46,183 bases of DNA. It comes from Bdellovibrio sp. GTDB taxonomy: Bacteria; Bdellovibrionota; Bdellovibrionia; Bdellovibrionales; Bdellovibrionaceae. Location: positions 1-46,183 of the forward strand of contig JBKCUU010000029.1 in NCBI GenBank assembly GCA_046318155.1, given 5' to 3'. Made by a program: the position numbers and the translations under genes. Below the pieces are notes generated by a model. It did no database searches, was not told where the DNA came from, and saw only the letters and a program-made list of their open reading frames with translations. The first letter of the stretch is position 1, and each line of letters starts with the position of its first letter. Shown here in pieces: positions 30,890 to 40,607 of this stretch.

Positions 30890-31876
30890 TCAGCCCTCGT
30901 CGAGATTGAGCTTGGGGTTTTGACGTTTGAGCAGAACAAAGAACACGGCGCCGATCAGGCCAAAGCAAAGTTGAAAGGATTGAAAGGCCGTGATGCCTAA
31001 AACACCCAAGTCGGAGTCGGCGCCGAGTGCTTTGCTAAACAGGTAAAAGAATGCGGCTTGGCCGATGCCGATCCCTGCTGGGGCAATCGGCACAGCTGTG
31101 ACCATGAAGCCCACGGGGACGGCAAACAAAAACACACTTAATGGCGGGATCTCGGGAGATCTCGCGTAAGCGACGACCATGAAGAGCAAGATTTGCGTGA
31201 GTTGAGCGCCAAAGCTAAGAAGTGCGAGTCCGAACAACTGCTTCCAAGTCAGGCGGTAGGTCTGCGCAAAGGTCCAGAGCTTGTGTAAGCGGGGGATTTT
31301 GCGGGTGAGGCGTTCAACTAAATCCCGCAGCTTGCCGGCCTGCTTTGAGAGCAGAAGCCAGAAGGCGAAAAAAAAACCCGCGGTGATGATCACGAGGCCG
31401 ACAAAGATAATCTGAAAGCTGTGCTCGCGAGTGAGCAACTCGGGCTCAAAGCTAAATGAGACCAGGGCGAGCAGGGTCATGGTAAAAAGACCCAAGATGC
31501 GGTCCGCAAGAACGGTCAGAACCGCTTTGCCGCGCTGTTCAGGGTGGTCTTTGGCAATCATGATGGCTTTCACCACATCGCCGCCGACGCCGCCCGGAAC
31601 AAAAAAGTTAAAGAACTGACCAATGAGAGTGAGGCGGTACGCTTGCCCGCGTGTACACGGCAAACCTTGTTGTTTGAGCAGCAGGCGCCAGCGTTCGGAT
31701 GCAAAATAAAGCACCACGCCGACGGTCAAAAGTCCGACAACGAGCACGGGCAGGGTCAAGAGTGTTTTCAATGATTCGACATTGATGCGGCCCGAAGAAA
31801 ACAAGTAGTACAAAAGTCCCGCCGCGAGGCCGATTTTGAGGGTCTGGGTGATGAAACTTTTGATCTGGGGCTTCAT
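30890..31876 (-). CDS. Lysylphosphatidylglycerol synthase TM-domain (UPF0104 flippase-like) protein
   Basis: RW..LL, IGQFFN.F.PG.VGGDVVK, DR..GL, P..P.G.G. Confidence 0.88.
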   Translation of the reverse strand: MKPQIKSFITQTLKIGLAAGLLYYLFSSGRINVESLKTLLTLPVLVVGLLTVGVVLYFASERWRLLLKQQGLPCTRGQAYRLTLIGQFFNFFVPGGVGGDVVKAIMIAKDHPEQRGKAVLTVLADRILGLFTMTLLALVSFSFEPELLTREHSFQIIFVGLVIITAGFFFAFWLLLSKQAGKLRDLVERLTRKIPRLHKLWTFAQTYRLTWKQLFGLALLSFGAQLTQILLFMVVAYARSPEIPPLSVFLFAVPVGFMVTAVPIAPAGIGIGQAAFFYLFSKALGADSDLGVLGITAFQSFQLCFGLIGAVFFVLLKRQNPKLNLDEG

Positions 31877-31962
31877 GGCGAGGCTAAGGTCCCACGTCTG
31901 CTGAAATCAGTCATCATTCTGCTTGTTGTCTTTTTGCGTTATGCAGTAAGTTTTGAGCCAAG

Positions 31963-32790
31963 ATGACAAACAAAACGAGCCTTGCCGACGGCTACATTCA
32001 TGGGTTTTCAAAAGTCGAACAGGACCGCTTGCTTCATCAAGCCCGTGTTCATGAAGAGGTCATCTTTTCGAATGTGGATTTCTCGGCGGCCAAACGCGTG
32101 ATCGAAATCGGATCGGGAGTTGGGGCCCAGACGCAGATTTTGCTCGAGCGGTTTCCGGGGGCTCAGTTTGATTGTGTGGATGCCTCAGATAAACAAATTG
32201 CCCGCGCCTCGCAAACTTTAAAAGAGCCGCTCCAAAAAGGACGGGTGCATTTGCACCAAGCCGATGCCCTTCATTTGCCGTTTAAAGACGATGAGTTTGA
32301 GGGCGCATTTATTTGCTGGTTGCTTGAACATGTCCAGAATCCGCTCGATGTTTTGGTTGAGGCTAAACGGGTTTTGAAATCGGGCGGCGTGATTTATTGC
32401 AATGAGGTTTTTAATGCGACCTTTTATTTGCATCCGTACTCGCCCGCAACTTTGAAGTTTTGGTTCGAGTTTAATGATCAGCAGTGGTCACTCAAGGGGG
32501 ATCCATTTGTGGGCGGAAAGCTCGCGAATTACATGCTCAAGGCGGGCTATCATAATATTTCGACCAAAGTTTTGACCCACCAGTACGACAATCGCATGCC
32601 AAAAAAACGGGCAGCTTTTATCGATTACTGGACAGATCTGATGCTGAGCGGAGCGCCCGAGCTGATCAAGACGGGACGGATCAGTCCCGAACTGGTTGAA
32701 GAGATGAAGGCCGAGTTTGCGGCGGTGAGAAAAGATCCAGATGCGGTCATTTTTTACTCTTGGATTTTGGCCCGCGCCGAGGCCTACTAG
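31963..32790 (+). CDS. Class I SAM-dependent methyltransferase
   Basis: YIHG...EQ.RL..QA, EIGSGVG motif I, DA..LPF, LEHV. Confidence 0.9.
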   Translation: MTNKTSLADGYIHGFSKVEQDRLLHQARVHEEVIFSNVDFSAAKRVIEIGSGVGAQTQILLERFPGAQFDCVDASDKQIARASQTLKEPLQKGRVHLHQADALHLPFKDDEFEGAFICWLLEHVQNPLDVLVEAKRVLKSGGVIYCNEVFNATFYLHPYSPATLKFWFEFNDQQWSLKGDPFVGGKLANYMLKAGYHNISTKVLTHQYDNRMPKKRAAFIDYWTDLMLSGAPELIKTGRISPELVEEMKAEFAAVRKDPDAVIFYSWILARAEAY

Positions 32791-32829
32791 TTTTTAATTT
32801 TTGAACACCAATAATGAAAAGGAGTTCCC

Positions 32830-33072
32830 ATGTCTGATGATATGAAAGCCGAGTTGGAGCGATTGCGAGCCGAGAATGCGGCACTTAAAAATAAACCTGC
32901 GCGCGGCACGATCTCGATGAAGGTCAGCGAAAAAGGCGCCTTGTCGGTTTACGGTATGGGCCGGTTCCCTGTGACGCTTTACAAAGAGCAGTGGACCAAG
33001 TTGATGGAGATGAAAGAAGAGATTCTAAAATTCATCGCGGATAACAATGATCGGTTGAAGACCAAAGAATAG
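32830..33072 (+). CDS. Small conserved hypothetical protein (coiled coil plus KVSEKGALSVYG.GRFPVTLY.EQW)
   Basis: Strong AAGGAG SD; protein-like composition and recognisable motif. Confidence 0.8.
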   Translation: MSDDMKAELERLRAENAALKNKPARGTISMKVSEKGALSVYGMGRFPVTLYKEQWTKLMEMKEEILKFIADNNDRLKTKE

Positions 33073-33089
33073 TTTTGCCGGGCCCTAAA

Positions 33090-34487
33090 TCACTGCCGAC
33101 GCCTCCAATTGTGAAACTCGCTTGGACGAATTTTGAACCGGGCGATGTTTCCCTCGTGAAGGCTCGAGATTTCTGTTTCGATTAACTTGAAGAGTTCTGC
33201 CGAATCAGCCGCAGGAAGCTGTTTTGCTTTCATAAGAGCTTGAATTTTGTGTACGACCTCGGAGCCCTCGACCCTCTCAAGAATGATCCCGCGAATGATG
33301 TCTTGGATTTCGGTACGGTACTTCAGCTTGAGAAGATTGGGTTCCCCCATCCCCTGCTGAATTGCCGAGTAGCGTTGGCAGGAGCGCCTGTAAGCCCATA
33401 GATATAAATCTCGAAATAGGTTGATGTTGTTGTTCTCATAAACTCCAAGAAGAGACTTGATGTAAGTTTCTTGATCCACATCCACAAATGAAAGTGGGTT
33501 TAAATTTTTTTTGATCAGGGGAATGTTGGCGGCAATACGTGCCGTTCGCTTATTCACATCCTCGAAGGCCTGCAGATAAGAGAGATGGACCAGAGAAAAA
33601 AAAGACTGCTCAAATGGATCTTTGATGAGGCTGAGCTTTTCGATAAAGATCTGAAACAAATCTTTTAAGACGTGAGGGTTTTCGAGCGGCATGTAGGTTG
33701 TACCGCTAATGCCGACCGCAATTTGCCGAATTCGGCCAGAGGCGCTTGGATCTCCCAAAAGGTTTTCTGACAGCAGAGCATGAATGCTGCACACTTCATG
33801 TGAACTGATAGTCGGTTCGGCAGCAGCTTCGATAATGTACTCGATGGCCTCCTTATGGTTCAGAATCATTTGAGCTTCCGACGCATTTTTGCCAGCGGCG
33901 TTTTCTCCAAGCTCGATGAGTCGCTTGGTTTCGAGCAGAGAATACGTATTCCCCTCGAGCCGGCTTGAGTTCCAAGACAGGTCGATCAACAGGCGATTCA
34001 AAATGTGGCGAGCGTAGGTTCCCGCGGGTTGGAGCCGGTCTAGGGCGGTGCCGACTTTCAGAAGCTCCGCGCGTTGGTCGGCGGTCAGATAAAACGTTTG
34101 ATTCGGCTCATAAGACTGCAAAAAACTCTGATTGTAACCGACCGGTGTTCGAGCCTGAAGCGATTGAGAAACGTGCTCCAATAGAATTTGGCTCTCGGGA
34201 GAGAGTGGAATATCTTTGAATAGCCCATTGGCCTTGCTTGGCGAGGCGGGTGTTTTGGCCGAGGATGTTTGGGTGGGCACATAGACACGGGCACGCGCTG
34301 CTCCTTTGGGCTGAAGCAGGCCGCGCTCAACCAAGTTCGTCAGTGCCCGGCGGATGGCTTTACGATCACCTTCATTTGATTTTGAGAGCCCAGCCGCTTG
34401 AGCAACATCGTGGATACGAATCTCTGCTTTTTCTTGAGATAACTTGAGAACAAGCCTCTCGAGATCCGCCTTTTTCTTAGCAACCAG
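33090..34487 (-). CDS. Fic family protein with N-terminal winged HTH; non-canonical Fic motif
   Basis: SSRLEGNT motif, YLQAFEDVNKRTAR Fic loop; frame stays open 51 codons upstream of the TTG at 34334 to a CTG at 34487 behind AGGAGGAG. Confidence 0.85.
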   Translation of the reverse strand: MVAKKKADLERLVLKLSQEKAEIRIHDVAQAAGLSKSNEGDRKAIRRALTNLVERGLLQPKGAARARVYVPTQTSSAKTPASPSKANGLFKDIPLSPESQILLEHVSQSLQARTPVGYNQSFLQSYEPNQTFYLTADQRAELLKVGTALDRLQPAGTYARHILNRLLIDLSWNSSRLEGNTYSLLETKRLIELGENAAGKNASEAQMILNHKEAIEYIIEAAAEPTISSHEVCSIHALLSENLLGDPSASGRIRQIAVGISGTTYMPLENPHVLKDLFQIFIEKLSLIKDPFEQSFFSLVHLSYLQAFEDVNKRTARIAANIPLIKKNLNPLSFVDVDQETYIKSLLGVYENNNINLFRDLYLWAYRRSCQRYSAIQQGMGEPNLLKLKYRTEIQDIIRGIILERVEGSEVVHKIQALMKAKQLPAADSAELFKLIETEISSLHEGNIARFKIRPSEFHNWRRRQ

Positions 34488-34505
34488 AGGCTCCTCCTGG
34501 GTCTC

Positions 34506-34602
34506 CTATTGGGACAAAAAATGTCCCAATAGCTTCATCCTCACTACAATAGCTTTAGTTTGTCCCAATTGCAAGTATTGGGACATAATTCAGTCTCAAT
34601 AG
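34506..34602 (-). promoter_or_regulatory. Promoter with an array of ATTGGGACA half-sites
   Basis: TTGCAA(34574-34569)-17-TATTGT(34551-34546); perfect IR CTATTGGGACA-N5-TGTCCCAATAG; further half-sites at 34561, 34577 and 34592. Confidence 0.78.
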
Positions 34603-34651
34603 CTTGGTTCGGCAAGAACTGTGTCAACCGCAAAGATTTGATCGACATTGT

Positions 34652-35421
34652 TTATTGAAACAAGTTTTTGAGAGCTGTTTTCCACGGAAGGCGAGACACA
34701 CCGAGAATCGTTTTTTCTTGGGGATCTTGGGACCAGACTTGGGATTCGGCCGCCTGGTCCCAATCTTTTGATACTGCAGAGATGGACTTCACATCTTGCT
34801 CTTGCATAAACGTCCCTGACTTGATTTCAACCAGCAAGTCAGGCTGCCCTGGTCTCTCAAAGACAAGATCAATTTCGACGTCGGACTGTGTACGCAAGTA
34901 CGAGAGTCGAAAGTCTTTTTTGAAGTATTCGTTCAGACGAAAGCACTCTTGTACAATCCAAGTCTCAAAGGCTTCGCCGTAGGCAAAGGTCTTGGGTGAC
35001 AGCTCAGTTGACAAGGTTCTGGCTAAAGCTCGTTGAATGCCCAAATCAAAAAATAAAACTTGGGCGCTTCTCTTTGGCGTTTGCGGATCGAGCGGTGAAA
35101 CGACGCAAGAAAAAAACCAACGTAAGTATCTTGCAGTATCGAAAAATAATTTTTTACCGTTTTGTCGTCGACGCCAATATCTCGAGATATTTTTGAATAA
35201 CTTAGTATCTTTGCATTCGACTGCGCCGCCACCTCAAGAAAATCTTGAAAAGGCTCGATGTTTCGAATGAGCTGCTCCTGCAAAATTTCTTCTTTAAGAT
35301 AGGTTCGTGAGTAGGCACGCAAATACTCAAGCTTGTCGACATCTGCCTGAAGATGTAAAAGTTTTGGTAGGCTCCCTCATCGTAAGACGCTTTCAAGGCT
35401 GAAATGTGGGCCGAGCTCCAC
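34652..35421 (-). pseudogene. AAA_14/DUF4143 ATPase relic
   Basis: ELG..F.L..VLR*GSLP (TGA where Trp is expected), PKFYF frameshift in the T-tract near 35050, GEAFE, EIDL..E, VEIKS; Walker A region absent. Confidence 0.85.
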
Positions 35422-35804
35422 GCAAGACCGTCAAAAATTTTTTCCAAACGTCATCGAACGGTTCTTCGCCAGTTGATAGCTCAACAGAACCCCAGGCTTT
35501 TCTCAAAACGGCCAATTCAAACTCTTGAGCGGTTGCCAAAAACGATTCAGGGATTGGAGTCTTGCGGTTTTCAAAAGTTTTTTGAATGGCCTTGCGAAGC
35601 AATTTCTTGTCTTTGATTCTTTCAAAAATGAGCTGCATATCGTAGATGTCTTTTGATCGAGAATTATTGCTGCCACGAGAAAACAAGGCTTCCATTTTTT
35701 CGGCGAAGATAAACTCAAATGGATAGACCGACCACGTGACTTGCAGCTTTAGCAAGTTTGTTGAGGTCCAGTTGAATTGTTTCGGGAGAAGTCGCCTTTC
35801 TCAT
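35393..35804 (-). pseudogene. AbiEii toxin relic with internal deletion
   Basis: ATG 35804 gives MRKATSPETIQLDLNKLAKAAS, joined out of frame to YP.E...AEK.EA...NSR.KD.YD; catalytic GG/DxD region missing. Confidence 0.8.
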
Positions 35805-36291
35805 TCCATTGCCTCTAAGTACGGGAGTATACGATGAACGACTCCGATTTTTTTGCCAAATCCAAAACTTTAGAAGACGTCGTTAGTTTTTTTCTGACGG
35901 CTTCTCGCAGCACTTCAATAGGGACGGTGCTGCCGATCATATTTTTATAGCAGAATGATTCAACGAGAGTGCGTTCAATGGACGTGATCGCGTAACCATC
36001 TTTTTTTTCTATCCCGATGTTCCATTGCGGATCGCTTTGGCGCAAAACCTTAAGACTTGAAATTTGAGTTCGTTTTTTTGCTGGCACTGTGATCCACGTC
36101 TTGCGTGGAATAACGTCGGTAAGTCCATACACTGAAAGTGCGGAAACCAAACAAATTGCCGAAGGCTGGCCCACAACAAGAGTTGCCACTTTAAATTGAT
36201 TTACTTCATCATATTCAAGGCTCGTAGGCATATAGACGCCTTTAGCGACTGTGTAGCACTTTCCGGCGGCGACATGTATTTGTATCAGCAA
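35801..36291 (-). pseudogene. AbiEi-like antitoxin, 5' truncated and frameshifted
   Basis: GVY, AICL.SAL..YGLTD.IP, ITS.ERT; one extra A in the A7 tract (35848-35854) would restore IGVVHRILPYLEAME* with ATGA coupling. Confidence 0.78.
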
Positions 36292-36301
36292 AAGCAGACT
36301 T

Positions 36302-37381
36302 TTATTTATCGATAAGGCTTTGGCGACGTACGAGGTCCTCGACAGCCAATGAAACTGTTAGCGGCGACAAATCTTTCATGCATTTATGAAAATTCCAACA
36401 TGAAGGAAAATCCCCATCGTCTTTGTAGCAGGGGCGACAGATTAATGGATCGATAAAAAGGCGCGAAGAGCTTGGTTTTAACAGACCCCATGAAATTGGG
36501 CTTGTTGGTCCATAAATTCCGACCGAAGCAATATCCATCATGTCTGCGATATGCAAGGGGCCTGAGTCTGGTCCAACAAAAATTGAGCACGTAGAAATCT
36601 CGGCAGCTAGCGACACCAGGTCTGTTTTTCCGACTAGATTATGGACGCGGCTCTTGAGGTGATGAGGAATCATCTCCAAAATTTGAAGAGCCTCACCGAT
36701 CTCATCGGGCGCACCGATTATTTTGATTTCATGATTCGTTTTTTCTAGCAGGAGTGGAAGGAGCTGGCCAAAGTAAGGCCATTTTTTCAAAACAAACTCA
36801 TGAGCCACGTTCTTGCCACCACCAATGTGAAGGCCTATGAAGCGGGGAGTTTGTCCTTTCTGTCTAAGGTATCCGAGCTCAGCCTGCCAATATAACGAGA
36901 GCTCGATTTTTGAATCGCGGCGATGAATGCCAGCTTCAAGGACCCGTTTAATATTTAAGCTCTCATGGCGCACGAGTGGTGGACATGAAACAAATTGAAC
37001 GCCGGCCATGTTAAAGTCATTTTTAGAGCGAGAAACCATTGAGATAGGCCCTTTGCCATAAAGAGCAGCAAGATAGCCTATGGACCTATGAAGCAAAAAA
37101 ATGTGGTCAAATTTTTGATTTAATCGACTACGGAATTTGCTTACAGCTTTCGCTTTGTCGAAGCTCGAGCCATTGAAAAGGTCTTTTTCATTAAGTGTAT
37201 AGACATTTGTGATTTCTGGATGTCCCCGCAGAAGAGGAGCGAATGACTCCGAGGTGAGCCAATCAATTTTGCAACCTGGAAAGTGCTGCCTCAGGTAGGA
37301 AACTGCGGGGAGTGCAAAAAAGAGATCACCCAAGGCTCCGATTTTGACGATGAGAAAGCGGAGCTGTGGTTGTTGAGTCAT
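36302..37381 (-). CDS. GT9 family (heptosyltransferase-like) glycosyltransferase
   Basis: GALGD...LP....LR..FP...I, KKWP, G.DSGPLH.A, GPT, C.PC. Confidence 0.9.
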   Translation of the reverse strand: MTQQPQLRFLIVKIGALGDLFFALPAVSYLRQHFPGCKIDWLTSESFAPLLRGHPEITNVYTLNEKDLFNGSSFDKAKAVSKFRSRLNQKFDHIFLLHRSIGYLAALYGKGPISMVSRSKNDFNMAGVQFVSCPPLVRHESLNIKRVLEAGIHRRDSKIELSLYWQAELGYLRQKGQTPRFIGLHIGGGKNVAHEFVLKKWPYFGQLLPLLLEKTNHEIKIIGAPDEIGEALQILEMIPHHLKSRVHNLVGKTDLVSLAAEISTCSIFVGPDSGPLHIADMMDIASVGIYGPTSPISWGLLKPSSSRLFIDPLICRPCYKDDGDFPSCWNFHKCMKDLSPLTVSLAVEDLVRRQSLIDK

Positions 37382-37393
37382 TGCGCTTTCAAC

Positions 37394-37939
37394 CTAAAAT
37401 CGAGGTGCGGTGACATAGTTGGCAAACGGAGGGGCTTGTTCATCTTTAGGGCTGAGAATGGGCTTGGTGATTGGCCATTTAATGGCCAGTTCCGGATCAG
37501 CCCAGTGCAAACTACCTTCGCCCTTGGCGTTGTAATACTGATCCACTTTATAGTAAGCCACGGTTTGATCCTCAAGTGCGCAAAAGCCGTGGGCAAATCC
37601 CGGCGGCACCCAAAACCATTGCGGGTTTTTGCTCTCCAGAGTTACGGAAAGAGATTGCCCAAAGGTAGGTGAGTCTTTTCGAATATCGACAATGACGTCA
37701 AAGAGGGAGCCTTGCATACAAGTCACAAGTTTGCCTTGTGGGCGATCAAACTGAAAATGCAGACCGCGAAGCACATTTTGTTGGGATAAAGAAAAGTTAT
37801 CTTGAATGAAGTTGATGTCGAGGCCGGCTTCTTTAAAAGAATCTTGGCGGTAACGCTCAACAAAAAATCCTCGCTCATCCGCAAACTTTTTAAGAGTCAG
37901 AAGTTTTGGCCCCATAATCGAAAAATCATGGATTTGCAT
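37394..37939 (-). CDS. rfbC: dTDP-4-dehydrorhamnose 3,5-epimerase
   Basis: DERGFF, QDN.S.S..NVLRGLHFQ, QGKLV, VP.GFAHGF, LS.KD. Confidence 0.95.
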   Translation of the reverse strand: MQIHDFSIMGPKLLTLKKFADERGFFVERYRQDSFKEAGLDINFIQDNFSLSQQNVLRGLHFQFDRPQGKLVTCMQGSLFDVIVDIRKDSPTFGQSLSVTLESKNPQWFWVPPGFAHGFCALEDQTVAYYKVDQYYNAKGEGSLHWADPELAIKWPITKPILSPKDEQAPPFANYVTAPRF

Positions 37940-38798
37940 AAATCTCCTTTAAGCAGGACTGGAGCGAGAATTTCCAGTCAGGGACTTTTTGACCAAAGAC
38001 CCGCTCGAATTTAGTCGTGTCCAGGCGGGAATTGGCAGGTCGCTTGGCTGCAGTTGGAAAATCCACTGTTCGAATTTCGACGACACGTTTATTCGAAAGC
38101 CCGTCGTCCCACTTTTGCGCCTGAAACAAAATTTCAGCGGCAAAAGAACTCCACGAACACCAGGGGCGTCCCTGGTAATGGTAAGCCCCCCAGTTTTGGA
38201 ACTGGGACAGCTGAGGCAAAAAGCTTAGTACAGATTGAGCAATGTCATCTGCGGAGGTCGGGCCTCCGATTTGGTCGCTGACAATTCGGAGTTCGTCATG
38301 GTTTTGAGCAAGACGCAAAATCGTTTTAACAAAGTTGCTTCCCGTCGAGGAGTAAACCCAAGACACGCGCAAAATGAGAATTTTTGCATTGAGGCTAAGA
38401 AGTGCTCGATCCGCTTCGGCTTTGGTGGCCCCGTACCAATTGACCGGAGCGAACGGAGACTCTTCTTTGTAGGGTGTTTCGCCTTTACCATCAAAAACGT
38501 AGTCTGATGAAAAGTGGATGAAAGGTGTTTCGTTTTTTTTGCACCAATCGCCGATCTGAATGGGCGTGATTGCATTCAGTTGGCGGCAAAGATCGCGCTC
38601 GGTCTCCGCACGGTCAACAGCGGTGTAAGCGGCAGCATTAATCACGAGCCGAGGGCGAACTCGATCAAGGACGGTCAGGCATTGTTGCGGATTGGAAAAG
38701 TCAGCGTCTTGGCGGCCTACGAACATAACGTCGTGAGGTGCTAGATGAGTCTTCAATGCTTGTGCTACTTGTCCGGAGCGACCAAAGACAAGAATCAT
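37926..38798 (-). CDS. rfbD: dTDP-4-dehydrorhamnose reductase
   Basis: [39 protein letters not shown]. Confidence 0.95.
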   Translation of the reverse strand: MILVFGRSGQVAQALKTHLAPHDVMFVGRQDADFSNPQQCLTVLDRVRPRLVINAAAYTAVDRAETERDLCRQLNAITPIQIGDWCKKNETPFIHFSSDYVFDGKGETPYKEESPFAPVNWYGATKAEADRALLSLNAKILILRVSWVYSSTGSNFVKTILRLAQNHDELRIVSDQIGGPTSADDIAQSVLSFLPQLSQFQNWGAYHYQGRPWCSWSSFAAEILFQAQKWDDGLSNKRVVEIRTVDFPTAAKRPANSRLDTTKFERVFGQKVPDWKFSLQSCLKEIYANP

Positions 38799-39679
38799 TT
38801 CTTTTCCTGGAGGTGATACTTCAGAAGTTGTCGAAGATAGTTGCCATAGGTACTTGCAGGGTAGGCTTCGGCTAATTTTGCAAACTGGTCACGAGTGATA
38901 AAGCCTTTTGCATGCGCAATTTCTTCCAGGCAGGCGATTTTTAACCCCTGGCGTTGCTCAATGGTTTGAACAAATTGGGCCGAATCCAGAAGGGATTCAT
39001 GAGTCCCGGTATCAAGCCACGCCACCCCGCGTCCAAAAACCTCTACGTTGAGTTGATTTTGCTCGAGATAAATCCGATTCAAATCCGAGATCTCAATTTC
39101 GCCGCGTTTGGATGGCTTTAGGGATTTTGAATGGGTGACCACATTCTTGTCATAAAAGTAAAGACCAGTCACCGCCCAGTTCGACTTCGGAGCGAGAGGC
39201 TTTTCTTCGATTGAGATTGCCCTTCCCTGACTGTCAAACTCGATGACTCCATACCTTTGTGGATCTGGGACATGGTAGGCAAAAACGGTAGCCCCAGTCG
39301 GGCGAGCCGCCGCTTTGGACACTAATTGGGGGACATCATGACCAAAGAAAATGTTATCACCAAGGATGAGCGAGCAAGCTGAGTCGCCGATGAACTTTTC
39401 GCCAATTAAAAATGCTTGAGCAATGCCTTCGGGCTTGGGTTGCTCGGCATACTGAATGTTAAGTCCGAGTGTCGAGCCATCACCCAGTAAATCCTCAATC
39501 ATGGGCAGATCGCGGGGTGTACTGATGATGAGAAACTCCCTCATCCCTCCGAGCATCATAACCGAGAGTGGATAGTAAATCGTCGGTTTATCGTAGACTG
39601 GTAGGAGTTGTTTGCTGATGGATTTTGTCGCGGGATAGAGCCGTGTTCCGCTCCCGCCAGCGAGGAGAATTGATTTCAT
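38795..39679 (-). CDS. rfbA: Glucose-1-phosphate thymidylyltransferase
   Basis: [17 protein letters not shown]...[26 protein letters not shown]; true start ATG 39679. Confidence 0.96.
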   Translation of the reverse strand: MKSILLAGGSGTRLYPATKSISKQLLPVYDKPTIYYPLSVMMLGGMREFLIISTPRDLPMIEDLLGDGSTLGLNIQYAEQPKPEGIAQAFLIGEKFIGDSACSLILGDNIFFGHDVPQLVSKAAARPTGATVFAYHVPDPQRYGVIEFDSQGRAISIEEKPLAPKSNWAVTGLYFYDKNVVTHSKSLKPSKRGEIEISDLNRIYLEQNQLNVEVFGRGVAWLDTGTHESLLDSAQFVQTIEQRQGLKIACLEEIAHAKGFITRDQFAKLAEAYPASTYGNYLRQLLKYHLQEKK

Positions 39680-39837
39680 AACTTTGCTTGTACCATGGCC
39701 CTTTCGGCGCCGAAAGAGCGGAATTTTGAAAAAGCCATCTGTCGCGCCGAGCAAACCGGGTTTCAGAGACAAATTGTCTGGACTAACAAGAGTGTAAAAA
39801 CCTAAATTTCGGGGACTAAAATGAGGAGACATCAGTC

Positions 39838-40605
39838 GTGAAAGTCGTGATTCTTGCCGGCGGTCTAGGTACCCGATTGAGTGAGGAAACTTCAATCAAA
39901 CCCAAGCCCATGGTTGAAATTGGTGGATTCCCCATGCTTTGGCATATCATGAAAATATACTCGGCCCATGGCTTTAACGATTTTGTCGTTTGCCTCGGAT
40001 ATCGCGGCTACCAAGTGAAAGAGTATTTTTCGAACTACTTTCTACACAACTCGAATGTGACCTTCGATTTAAAAAATAATAAAATGGAAGTGCATTCGCA
40101 TAAGGGTGACCCTTGGTGCGTGACCCTTGTGGATACTGGCGATAACACGATGACTGGTGGCCGGGTGAAGCGGATCGCGAGCTACATCGATACTGAAGAC
40201 TTTTGCCTGACTTATGGTGATGGGGTTGGAAACGTCGATATCTCGAAGCTGGTCGAATTTCACAAAGCTCATGGTAAGCAAGCGACCGTCACTGCGGTGC
40301 TGCCACCTGGGCGATTCGGTGCGCTTGATCTGTCCGGCTCTCAAGTTGATGGCTTCGTTGAAAAACCGGTCGGCGATGGCGGGTGGATCAACGGTGGATT
40401 TTTTGTCTTGAATAAAAAAGTTTGTGAGCTCATTGAAGATGACCAAACGGTCTGGGAGCAAGGTCCCTTAAGAAGTTTGGCTGAATCCAAGCAATTGATG
40501 GCATTCAAGCACGAAGGCTTTTGGCAGCCCATGGATACGTTGCGCGAGAAAAACTATTTAGATCAACTCTGGAATTCGAGCAAAGCACCTTGGAAGATTT
40601 GGTGA
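39838..40605 (+). CDS. rfbF: Glucose-1-phosphate cytidylyltransferase
   Basis: [57 protein letters not shown]. Confidence 0.96.
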   Translation: MKVVILAGGLGTRLSEETSIKPKPMVEIGGFPMLWHIMKIYSAHGFNDFVVCLGYRGYQVKEYFSNYFLHNSNVTFDLKNNKMEVHSHKGDPWCVTLVDTGDNTMTGGRVKRIASYIDTEDFCLTYGDGVGNVDISKLVEFHKAHGKQATVTAVLPPGRFGALDLSGSQVDGFVEKPVGDGGWINGGFFVLNKKVCELIEDDQTVWEQGPLRSLAESKQLMAFKHEGFWQPMDTLREKNYLDQLWNSSKAPWKIW

Positions 40606-40607
40606 GC

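Noticed and set aside
35373..35382. In-frame TGA at a Trp position as evidence of stop-codon recoding
   Set aside because: TGA terminates many intact genes here, TGG is used for Trp, and the gene has other lesions
38795..39895. 366-aa extended rfbA from the ORF track
   Set aside because: The extension overlaps divergent rfbF and lacks family similarity; the family N-terminus starts at 39679. Similar over-extensions were trimmed for spoVG, moxR, slt, rfbG and the C-methyltransferase
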